DNA of 27,237 bases from Phycisphaerales bacterium (GTDB lineage: Bacteria > Planctomycetota > Phycisphaerae > Phycisphaerales > SM1A02), in contig JBILWQ010000001.1 in NCBI GenBank assembly GCA_044369805.1, forward strand, positions 1-27,237. The letters run 5' to 3'. Made by a program: the position numbers and the translations under genes. The notes below the pieces were generated by a model. The model had not been told where the DNA came from. It searched no databases and saw only the letters and a program-made list of their open reading frames with translations. Positions 8,514 to 16,430 of the stretch are shown piece after piece (position 1 is the first letter of the stretch; each line of letters begins with the position of its first letter).

Positions 8514-11378
8514 TCAGGAGAAGAGGATCAGCAGGGAGCCGATGTCGCCGGCGTCCACCTCGCCGCTGCCATCGAGATCGCCCGGGCAGGGGTCGCCGGG
8601 CGTGCAGGGCCCGAAGAGGATCAGCAGGGATCCGATGTCGCCGGCGTCAACGCTGCCGCTGCCGTCGAGGTCACCCGGGATGGCCGGTGCCGAGAAGTCC
8701 GTGGCGATGAGGTCGACCGAGTCGCTGAACACCGCTGGCATGGCCACGGTGATGAGCGAGCCTCGGCCATCGCGCGCCAGACCGATCACCGGTCGGCCGG
8801 ACACGATGGGCAACGAGCGGCCAAGCGCCAGGCCACCTTCCGTCCGCCGGTCCCGGATCGGGAAGATGCTTGCACCGCCACTCGCGGCACCCTGCCAGGA
8901 CACCGCGATGTCGGGCTTGCCATCCACGTCGGCGTCGACCACGCGGACGCCAACGCCCACCGCGGACGGATCGCCCGGATCGAGCGGCGTGGGGGGCCGA
9001 AGTCCCGAGGGCGCACCGCGCAGCAGTGCCGCCGAGGGCCGAGCGCCCACGGGGAAGGAGGCGCCAGCCGGGAAGTTGTCGCAGGCCACGAGCACGTCGG
9101 CCAGGCCGTCGGCATCGAGGTCGGCCACATCCATGTCCACCGGCACGCCCACGGTGGACGCCGCCGTGGTGGCCTGCAACTGGCCACCCTGATTGCGAAG
9201 CACCTGAACGAAGCCATTGGTGACCAGGGTGGACTTGGTCAGGCTTGAAGCGGTCGAGGAGCCGCCGGCCACCACATCGACATCATCGTCGTCGTCGATA
9301 TCGGTGCCCCGGATGGTCCGGGCGGAGCCTGCGAGGGTGTTGTCGGACTCGAAGGAGCCCGAGTTGGCCTCGACGACCTCGACCGACTCGCCATCCGAGG
9401 AGGACTTGCCCACGGCCACGGAAGCGCCTGCCGGCCGCTTGCTTCCTGCCTTGGCGCCGGAGGTCGCCAGGACCGCCACGCAGTTCAGCTGGGTGCCCTG
9501 GATGTAGTTGTCGCGGGTCCAGTAGGTCTGGAACGATCCTCCCACCAGACGGTGGGTGACCAGCATCGGTGGATCGTTGTGACAGGTGACCACGTCGAGC
9601 GTGCCGTCGCCATCGAGATCTCCGACATCCATGTCGCGGGCATTCGCGGGGATGGGGGTCTGGGTCACCGGGGCATAGGAACCGTCGACCTGGCGGTCCA
9701 GCACAACCAGCTTTCCCGGTCGGCCCGGGACTTCACTGCCGATGAGATTGATGATCTCGCTGCCTGAGCCCGAGGGCACCTCGAACGCGCAGGTCTTCAG
9801 GGGGGTGAGACCAAACGACGCGCCCGCCTGGACGCTCGGGCTGATGATCGATCCCCGGTTGACCGTGAGTTTCAGGTCCGTGCCGCCATCCCAGGCCACG
9901 CTCACGAAGAAGTCCGTGGGCAGCACCTCCGGCCAGACACGGACCACATCGAAGTTCCTTCCAAGGCCTGCCCACGTGCCGTGGTTGCGAAGGATGGTGA
10001 AGGTGTAGTCCGGCATGGGCGGTGCCAGGGTGTTCAGCGACCACTCGAGGCCGAGGAGTCCACCGATGTCGGCCGAGGCGTTCGCCTCGAGCGCGACACG
10101 AGGGCCGGTCGTGCTGCGGCCAGAGAGGTCCACCTGCCAACGCATGTTCGCGTCGGGACCCGCCGGATAGACCAGATGCGTGGCCGCCAGCGAGCCCACG
10201 CCGTCGGCGCAGTCGCCGTCGAGGCAATGCAGAACGCCGTCGAGCGAACCGGCCAGTTCGACCCTGCCCTGCACCGCCAGGGCGCCCCGGAGCGACGTGG
10301 AGGAGGGTCGCCACTCGCCGTCACCGCCGCTGAGGGCGAGCGTGCCCGCCGGATGCAGCAGGATGCGGCTCTCGGACGTCGACGGGTCCGCGCCGATGGG
10401 CGTCTCGACGATGAGATCGAGGTACGAGGGGATGGTCAGGTCGGCGAAACCGCCGGAGAGATCGACGTCGGCCTCGACCAGGGTCAGGCGCGTCTCGGTG
10501 TTCTCCTCGCGGCGCTTGGGGTCGAGCTGGAACGAGATGCCCTGGAGTGCGAGGTCACTCTGCGAAAGCACCAGCGACCAGCGATCCGGTCGATCGGGCG
10601 TCTCCGTCAGGATGAGCCCCGTGGCCTCGAACTGAACGCCATCGAGCGTGAACTGGTAGAGATCGTCGATGGCGAGCTGCGTCCACGCACGACTCAGGTT
10701 CCGGACGGTGCCATGCGCGATCTCGGCACGCTGCGTCCGGGTGGAACCGTCGCCGGCGAAGCGGAGATGCTGCGGAACCTGGTAACTGCCGGCGACCACG
10801 AGCGTGTGGTTCCCCAGCTCCAGGCGGAAGTCGCGGATCTGTCCTGCCGAAGCCACCGACGTGAACGAGAGGGTGCCCACCGCGTTGTCGCACCCGGCCT
10901 GCAATTCCAGCGAGTCGTAGGGATACTCCGGATAGAAGGGCATGAGCACCGAGCTGTTGGAAAGCGTGCCCGGACGCCCGAGGGACCAGTTCGCGGCGGT
11001 CTCGAAGACACGCGTGCCGAAGTCGGCGCCGACCCACGGGTTGGCACCGAAGGGTCCCAGTCGCTCGATGTCGGGTGCGCCGTCGCCATCGCAGTCGGTG
11101 GGGTCCAGCGGCACGGCGGAGCACACGTCCGGTTCACCGTTGTCGTTGGCGTCCATGCAGTAGAGCAGCGGTGCCGCACAGGCGGTGTTCGCCATGTCCA
11201 CGCAGGTGGCATCCCACTGGATGGTGCAGCAGAAGTCGTCGATGGCGCAGACCGCATCCTGGCAGGAGACATCCGCGCAGCCCGCACCAGTCTGCGGGGC
11301 ACAGCAGCAGCCCTGGCCCGACGAAGGGGCGGCCGTGGCCAGCGCGGCAAGCAGTGGGACGAGAATGATGGACCTCAC
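8514..11378 (-). CDS. Large secreted protein (954 aa): Cys-rich N-terminal module, beta-rich passenger-like middle, FG-GAP/VCBS repeats, C-terminal dockerin-like pair
   Basis: GTG start at 11378 with GGAG RBS and signal peptide MRSIILVPLLAALATA. FG-GAP-like motifs DVGDLDGDGTLDVV, DVADLDADGLADVL, DADVDGKPDIAV. Two GDLDGSGxVDAGDIGSLLILF repeats. Confidence 0.85.
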   Translation of the reverse strand: MRSIILVPLLAALATAAPSSGQGCCCAPQTGAGCADVSCQDAVCAIDDFCCTIQWDATCVDMANTACAAPLLYCMDANDNGEPDVCSAVPLDPTDCDGDGAPDIERLGPFGANPWVGADFGTRVFETAANWSLGRPGTLSNSSVLMPFYPEYPYDSLELQAGCDNAVGTLSFTSVASAGQIRDFRLELGNHTLVVAGSYQVPQHLRFAGDGSTRTQRAEIAHGTVRNLSRAWTQLAIDDLYQFTLDGVQFEATGLILTETPDRPDRWSLVLSQSDLALQGISFQLDPKRREENTETRLTLVEADVDLSGGFADLTIPSYLDLIVETPIGADPSTSESRILLHPAGTLALSGGDGEWRPSSTSLRGALAVQGRVELAGSLDGVLHCLDGDCADGVGSLAATHLVYPAGPDANMRWQVDLSGRSTTGPRVALEANASADIGGLLGLEWSLNTLAPPMPDYTFTILRNHGTWAGLGRNFDVVRVWPEVLPTDFFVSVAWDGGTDLKLTVNRGSIISPSVQAGASFGLTPLKTCAFEVPSGSGSEIINLIGSEVPGRPGKLVVLDRQVDGSYAPVTQTPIPANARDMDVGDLDGDGTLDVVTCHNDPPMLVTHRLVGGSFQTYWTRDNYIQGTQLNCVAVLATSGAKAGSKRPAGASVAVGKSSSDGESVEVVEANSGSFESDNTLAGSARTIRGTDIDDDDDVDVVAGGSSTASSLTKSTLVTNGFVQVLRNQGGQLQATTAASTVGVPVDMDVADLDADGLADVLVACDNFPAGASFPVGARPSAALLRGAPSGLRPPTPLDPGDPSAVGVGVRVVDADVDGKPDIAVSWQGAASGGASIFPIRDRRTEGGLALGRSLPIVSGRPVIGLARDGRGSLITVAMPAVFSDSVDLIATDFSAPAIPGDLDGSGSVDAGDIGSLLILFGPCTPGDPCPGDLDGSGEVDAGDIGSLLILFS
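8520..8679. repeat. Intragenic direct repeat, 2 x 67 bp with a 93-bp period, encoding the dockerin-like duplicated EF-hand motif
   Basis: 8520-8586 and 8613-8679 are near-identical (GAAGAGGATCAGCAGGGA...CCCGGG). Confidence 0.85.
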
Positions 11379-11487
11379 GGGAACTCCTGCAGGGCCCTCG
11401 ATTGTGTCGCCAACCCGCGCTGGAACAAGCGGGGAATCCCCATAATTGGAAGGCAATCTTGCGTTCCGTCCGAGAACCCGTTCCAGG

Positions 11488-12528
11488 TCAGGCCTGCATC
11501 GCTGCCCGCACTGCCTCGCCGGCGCGCTCGATGTCGGCGGGCCCGATGTCCAGGTGGGTGACCAGCCGCAGCCGCGTGGGGTCCAGGGCAAGCGTCAGCA
11601 CGCCGGCCCGCTCAAGCCGGGCCTGCAGTTCGAGCGCCCCGAGTCGGCGTGCATCGACATGCAGGAAGACCATGTTGGTGGGGATGGCCTCCGCTGGACA
11701 GGGCAGTTGGATGCCCGGCACGGTGGCGGCGAGCGACGCCAGCCTGCGCGCGTGGGCGTGATCCTGTTCGAGGCGATCGATGTGGTGGCTGAGCGCGTGC
11801 AGCGCCGCCGCCGCGAGCATGCCGCTCTGGCGCATGCCGCCGCCGAGCATCTTGCGGAAGCGACGGGCACGCGCGACGAGATCCTCCGAACCGGCCAGCG
11901 CACTGCCCACGGGACAGCCCAGACCCTTGGAGAAGCACACGCTCACGCTGTCGGCATGCGCCGCGAACTCGGCCGGCGCATGGCCCGAGGCCACGCACGC
12001 GTTCCAGAGCCTGGCGCCATCGATGTGCACCGCCAGGCCATCCTCGTGGGCGGCCTGCGCGACCTCGCGCAGCGTCTGCAGCGGCCAGAGGGTGCCGCCA
12101 CCTCGATTGTGCGTGTTCTCCACGACCAGCAGTCGCGGGTGGGGCGAGTGGATGTCGCGGTGGCGTCGGGCCGAACGCACGGCCGCCGCATCGAACAGCC
12201 CACCCGGCCCCTCGAGCGGCCGGATCATGCAGCCCGAGATGGCGGCGGGAGCACCGGTCTCGTAGTGGATGATGTGGCTCTCCCGGTGGGCCACGATCTC
12301 GTCGCCGGGCTGGCAATGGCAGCGGATGGCGAGCTGGTTGGCCATGGTGCCGCTGGGCACGAAGAGCGCGGCGGCCTTGCCCAGTCGCCTGGCCACCTCG
12401 GCTTCCAGGCGCGCCACCGTGGGTTCATCCCCGAGCACGTCATCGCCCAGCGGGGCGTGCCGCATGGCCTCCCACATGGCTTGCGTGGGGCGTGTGACGG
12501 TGTCCGATCGCAGGTCGATGACCGACAT
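11488..12528 (-). CDS. ltaE: Low-specificity L-threonine aldolase (PLP-dependent)
   Basis: IDLRSDTVTRPT, GDDVLGEDPT-like motif, FVPSGTMANQLA, ENTHNRGGG, HIDGARLWNA, SVCFSKGLGCPVGS (PLP lysine), RKMLGGGMRQSG. Confidence 0.95.
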   Translation of the reverse strand: MSVIDLRSDTVTRPTQAMWEAMRHAPLGDDVLGDEPTVARLEAEVARRLGKAAALFVPSGTMANQLAIRCHCQPGDEIVAHRESHIIHYETGAPAAISGCMIRPLEGPGGLFDAAAVRSARRHRDIHSPHPRLLVVENTHNRGGGTLWPLQTLREVAQAAHEDGLAVHIDGARLWNACVASGHAPAEFAAHADSVSVCFSKGLGCPVGSALAGSEDLVARARRFRKMLGGGMRQSGMLAAAALHALSHHIDRLEQDHAHARRLASLAATVPGIQLPCPAEAIPTNMVFLHVDARRLGALELQARLERAGVLTLALDPTRLRLVTHLDIGPADIERAGEAVRAAMQA

Positions 12529-12548
12529 GACGCCAAGGTAGCCGCGGG

Positions 12549-13280
12549 TCAGGGCGCGGGTCGAAGCGTCAGTCCGCCGGAACTCTCCAGTTCCACGTCG
12601 AAGCGCTGGCCGGGCACGGTCGGCTTGTAGACCGCTTCGCCCTGCGCCACGCGCACGCCCATGGCTTCGACGGCCTGAGGATCCGTGGCCAGTCGCCAGA
12701 AACGTTTCCAGAGCGCCTGCTCGAAGCGGGCGCCGTCACTGGCCGCATAGCCATCGGGCACGCTGCCGGGCGTGTCGATGGGCACGCCCTGGGCCGGTGG
12801 CATGCGATCGGAATAGATCCGGCGAAGCAGGGCCACGGTTCGGCCGCGCATCGGGTCGTCCTCGATCACGCGGTCCTGCGGGAACCGGACGGTCCATGCG
12901 TCGAGGAAGACCACCCGACCGGGGAGCTGGGCTCGGCGACTGCCCACCTGGCGGCCCCGGTCATCGAGCTCGATGAACTCCACCGTGGTGATGATCTCGC
13001 TGTCCGCCAGCTCGCCCGCGGAGGCCGGTGAGAGGGGCGTGGCGGCGGGATCGCCAGACCGATGCTGCTGGATCACGTGCAGCGAGCCGAGGCGCCGTGT
13101 GCGGCCGAGTCGGTCGGCCATGGTCCTGCGCAGTTCCTCCTGACGGCGCACCTCCTCTTCCAGGCGGACCACCTGCCGCTGCAGGTGCGCGGCCTGCGCG
13201 AGCGCCACGGCCAGCCATCCGCCGCCGACGAGCAGGAGCAGGCAGACGATGGCCACCAGCACGCGGACCACGGATCGCAT
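12549..13280 (-). CDS. Hypothetical protein with N-terminal membrane anchor and coiled coil
   Basis: TM segment VLVAIVCLLLLVGGGWLAVAL, heptad-like QRQVVRLEEEVRRQEE, then a globular domain. Fits cleanly between neighbours. Confidence 0.75.
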   Translation of the reverse strand: MRSVVRVLVAIVCLLLLVGGGWLAVALAQAAHLQRQVVRLEEEVRRQEELRRTMADRLGRTRRLGSLHVIQQHRSGDPAATPLSPASAGELADSEIITTVEFIELDDRGRQVGSRRAQLPGRVVFLDAWTVRFPQDRVIEDDPMRGRTVALLRRIYSDRMPPAQGVPIDTPGSVPDGYAASDGARFEQALWKRFWRLATDPQAVEAMGVRVAQGEAVYKPTVPGQRFDVELESSGGLTLRPAP

Positions 13281-13313
13281 GCCGGGAAGATCGGCCTCCC
13301 GAGGCGGGGCGGA

Positions 13314-13874
13314 TCAGAAGATGCCCGGGCGGGGCTGCGATCCGGCCAGGCGATCGAAGGAGACGGCTTCCACCCTCCAGGTGCCGTCGGCCTGGCGGCG
13401 CACGCGGAAGCTCCACGTGGTCAGCACCGGCATCTGGCTCGACTGCGTGCGCGTGAGGCAGCCGGCATCGACCTCCGCGAGGTCGGCCTCGAGCGTCCGC
13501 CCGCGGAGCAGCAGCGTGGTGTGCTGCTCGACTCGATGCCGTTCCTCGAGCGAACGAAGATCGCGATCGATCTCGCGGCGCGGCATGGCGGGCTGATCGA
13601 AGCCGCCGAAGTGGATGACCGCATCCGGCTGGAACCACGATCCGGCACCGATGGCATCGCCCGCCACAGCCCGGTCGATCAGCGAGGCCACGGTGCGCTC
13701 GCCTGACTCCGCCGGCGTGTCGATGGACCAGCCGCAGACGGCCAGCACGATGCCCGGAACCAGCAGCACCGCCGAGGCCAGGCGGGCGCGCGATCCGCCG
13801 AACCAGGCCAGGGGCAGCGCCGGCAGCATGACGAGCAGCAGCACCGACAGGGGATGGGCGAGGATCCAGTCCAT
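13314..13874 (-). CDS. Hypothetical membrane protein, 2 TM helices plus a possible NTF2/SnoaL-like domain
   Basis: Two hydrophobic helices, then an alpha-alpha-beta pattern ending in TTWSFRVRRQADGTWRVEAV, typical of NTF2-like folds. ATG 13874 chosen because upstream sequence belongs to the divergent gene. Confidence 0.65.
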   Translation of the reverse strand: MDWILAHPLSVLLLVMLPALPLAWFGGSRARLASAVLLVPGIVLAVCGWSIDTPAESGERTVASLIDRAVAGDAIGAGSWFQPDAVIHFGGFDQPAMPRREIDRDLRSLEERHRVEQHTTLLLRGRTLEADLAEVDAGCLTRTQSSQMPVLTTWSFRVRRQADGTWRVEAVSFDRLAGSQPRPGIF

Positions 13875-13887
13875 GCGGGCGGATGCA

Positions 13888-13897
13888 GGTATACGCT
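13888..13897. promoter_or_regulatory. Putative -10 box TACGCT (13892-13897) overlapping the GTATAC palindrome in the short divergent intergenic region
   Basis: Only AT-containing island between the head-to-head genes; 6 nt upstream of in-frame GTG 13904. Confidence 0.5.
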
Positions 13898-13903
13898 GCC
13901 CGC

Positions 13904-16402
13904 GTGAGCGCCGATCCGCACACCGAGCTGGCGGCACACCGCGTGGCCATGTGGCAATCGTTGCTGGCGAGTCCGCTGGCGGCCGCGTGGGATCGGCTCG
14001 CCGAGGGGTGCCTGGGTGTGCTGGTCTCCGCCGGCCCCAGTCTTTCGCGCAACGGCCGCGTGCTTGCGGAGGAGCGATGGACGGGTCGTCGGCTCGTGGT
14101 GGCCACCATCGATGCCATGGGACCATTGGGGAGGCTTGGCGCAAGGCCGGATGTGGTGGTCGCCTGCGAGCGCCCGCGCACGCTCGATGCCGAGGCTGCG
14201 GCGGACTCTGGCGCGGTGCTGGTGGCGTGGGGCGAGGCGGCCGAGGACCCCACGCTTCCGCCGGGCACCTGGTGCGTGCGGGGGCAGGCGGGTGATGGTG
14301 ACGAGACCTTCGCCGCGCACCTGCTGCTGCGACACCTGGGGTGCGGCACCGTGGTTCTGGCGGGCGTCGATCTGGCCTTCGTGGATGGCGTGGCACATGC
14401 GCCGGGTCACGCCCTGGATCGGGCATGGGCCCTCGAGAGCCATCCCTTCAGGTCGTGGGACTGGATGCACGCGCGACGAATCTCCATGCGGAAGGGGGGC
14501 CTGTTCCGCGAACCCGATCGCGGAGGCCGCACGGTGCTCATGGACACCATGCTGCGACGCGAGCGAACCGTGCTCGAGGCGGCCTTCGACGAGGACCGTC
14601 GGGCCGGTCGCATGGTCATCGACGCGACGGAGGGTGGCTGCACCAAGCGGCACACGGACCAGATGCCGCTGGAGGAGGCGATGCAGCGGCACGCCTCGCG
14701 GCGGGTGCCTGAACTGCAGGCGGCCCCGTCAACCGCGGCGAGTACCGTCACGCCGACCCCCGGCGTTCAGGCGATGCGCTCGCCGGTGCGAGCCATCGCC
14801 GTCGTGCCGGTGGATCCCGATCGGGGTGGCACCGGCGTGGAACGCAGCCTGGCGTCGGGATTGGGCGAACGAACCGTGCTCCGCTGCACGCTGGAGCGAC
14901 TGCTCAAGGCCAGGGAACTGGAGCAGGTGGTGCTGGTGGTGCCCGAGGGATGGGATGCCTCGATGGCGCTCGATGGTCTTCCCGTTCAGGGCCGGTTGCG
15001 GCTCATGACGCGCCGCGGGCATGCGAGCCCGCTGCAGCGGAGGAGTCGCTGGGCCGCGCGGGCATGGTGTGATGCGTGCTGGCGCGGCGGACTCGGAGGC
15101 CGCAGCGTGTTCGACGAGGTCCTGGATGCAGCCAGCGTGCAGATGGCTCTCGAGGCGACGGATGCCTCGCATGCCTTCCTCTGCGGACCGGACTGGCCCG
15201 TGGTCGCCGTGCGCGAGGCGTGGGGTGCCGATGGCATGGTCCGTGCCGCCCGGGTCTCGCCGCAACCGCGGTGGATGCACTTCGCGCCGGGTGCCGCGGG
15301 GGCCAGCGGATGCCTGCTCTCGCGAGAGGCCGTGGCGTCGCTGGTCTCAGGCGAGGTGCCGAGCATCGGTGCGTGGCTGGAGCGTCGCGTGGACTGGTCC
15401 AGACAGCCGGAGCGGATGCGGCCTCCCACCGGCGTCGCGACGCTGCGCGAGCGGCTGATCATGGACACGCCTCGGGCGATCCTTCGCCTGCGCCGTGCGG
15501 TGGAGCCGCTCCTGCTCAGGCACTCCGATCCCGATCAGGAGATGGTGGTGGAGGCCGTGTCCCGGGTGGCCGAGGCGGCACCGACGCTGCCTCCGCAGCA
15601 GCTCATCGTGGAACTCAACACCGGTCGACGCGGATGCGGCCTCAGCAGTCCGCACCGGTTCGGTTCCCTGCAGCGGCCGCCCATGACGCTGCGGCGGATG
15701 GATCGCATGACCGCCCGTCTGGCCGAGGCGAAGGATGTGGTGGTCACGCTGGGTGGCGCCGGGGACCCGCTGATCCACCCCGACGTGGCGGACATGGTCC
15801 GCCTGCTGCGGGCCGCGGGTGCGCTGGCCATCGAGTTGCGCACGGAGCTGCTCTCGCCGACGGCGGTGGAGCGGGTGCGCGACCTCGACGTGGAGGTGAT
15901 CTCGGTGGATCTGCATGCGGTCGATGCCCCGGGCTACCGCGTGATGATGGGGCCGGGGGATTTCGGAGGGGCCTGTGCGGCGCTGCACGACCTGCTGCTG
16001 CAGCGGCAGGGAGCGCGGACCGATCCCTTCCCTTGGCTGCTGCCGCGCGTGGAGCGCCTCCGCGCTTCCGTGGCGTGGGTGCCGATGTTCGTGGAGGTCT
16101 GGACGCGGGATGGCGATGGCGCGATCGTGGATCCACCGCCCCAGGCGGATCCATGGGGCGCGCCCCTGCCGCATGCCCCGATGGCGGCCACGGGTGACGA
16201 GGCCTGGGCCCACGCGGACACGCTCCGCCGCATGACGGTGCTCTCGGATGGCCGGGTGCCGGTGGTGGATGGCGACCTGCTCGGGAGTCTCTCCGTGGGC
16301 TCCGTGGACACCGAGGATCTGGTCGCCCTGCACCGGTCGCTGGTCTCGATGCGGCGGGACCGCGGGGGCCGCGCCGGATTGGCCCTTTCCCGAATGGCCT
16401 GA
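13904..16402 (+). CDS. Multidomain protein: Maf/MptE-like (MAF_flag10/DUF115) domain, cytidylyltransferase-like domain, degenerate radical SAM domain, degenerate SPASM domain
   Basis: Maf motifs VSAGPSLSRN, GARPDVVV, LGCGTVVLAGVDLAF, VIDATEGG. GT-A nucleotidyltransferase-like VLRCTLERLLKARELEQVVLVV. rSAM-like PQQLIVELNT, TLGGAGDPLIHPD, ISVDLHA. SPASM-like MTVLSDGRVPVVDGD...VGSV. GTG 13904 preferred over ATG 13883 because TACGCT lies 6 nt upstream. Confidence 0.75.
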   Translation: MSADPHTELAAHRVAMWQSLLASPLAAAWDRLAEGCLGVLVSAGPSLSRNGRVLAEERWTGRRLVVATIDAMGPLGRLGARPDVVVACERPRTLDAEAAADSGAVLVAWGEAAEDPTLPPGTWCVRGQAGDGDETFAAHLLLRHLGCGTVVLAGVDLAFVDGVAHAPGHALDRAWALESHPFRSWDWMHARRISMRKGGLFREPDRGGRTVLMDTMLRRERTVLEAAFDEDRRAGRMVIDATEGGCTKRHTDQMPLEEAMQRHASRRVPELQAAPSTAASTVTPTPGVQAMRSPVRAIAVVPVDPDRGGTGVERSLASGLGERTVLRCTLERLLKARELEQVVLVVPEGWDASMALDGLPVQGRLRLMTRRGHASPLQRRSRWAARAWCDACWRGGLGGRSVFDEVLDAASVQMALEATDASHAFLCGPDWPVVAVREAWGADGMVRAARVSPQPRWMHFAPGAAGASGCLLSREAVASLVSGEVPSIGAWLERRVDWSRQPERMRPPTGVATLRERLIMDTPRAILRLRRAVEPLLLRHSDPDQEMVVEAVSRVAEAAPTLPPQQLIVELNTGRRGCGLSSPHRFGSLQRPPMTLRRMDRMTARLAEAKDVVVTLGGAGDPLIHPDVADMVRLLRAAGALAIELRTELLSPTAVERVRDLDVEVISVDLHAVDAPGYRVMMGPGDFGGACAALHDLLLQRQGARTDPFPWLLPRVERLRASVAWVPMFVEVWTRDGDGAIVDPPPQADPWGAPLPHAPMAATGDEAWAHADTLRRMTVLSDGRVPVVDGDLLGSLSVGSVDTEDLVALHRSLVSMRRDRGGRAGLALSRMA

Positions 16403-16430
16403 GTCCACGGCCGGCCTAGCATCGGCCCTG

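Noticed and set aside
8520-8679. Direct repeat as a CRISPR array or mobile-element end
   Set aside because: Only two copies, in frame, differing at synonymous positions; explained by the dockerin-like duplication. No cas or transposase gene is nearby.
11379-11591. ORF-track 5' extension of the large secreted protein
   Set aside because: It overlaps the ltaE 3' end and the intergenic region. GTG 11378 has an RBS and yields a proper signal peptide.
13875-14426. Long N-terminal extension of the 13314 minus-strand gene
   Set aside because: It is antisense to the Maf domain and low-complexity; the hydrophobic, protein-like sequence begins at ATG 13874.
13904-16402. Calling the fusion an active radical SAM (RiPP-maturing) enzyme, or a pseudogene
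   Set aside because: There is no CxxxCxxC and no nearby precursor peptide, so not an active rSAM. There is no frameshift or internal stop, so not demonstrably a pseudogene.
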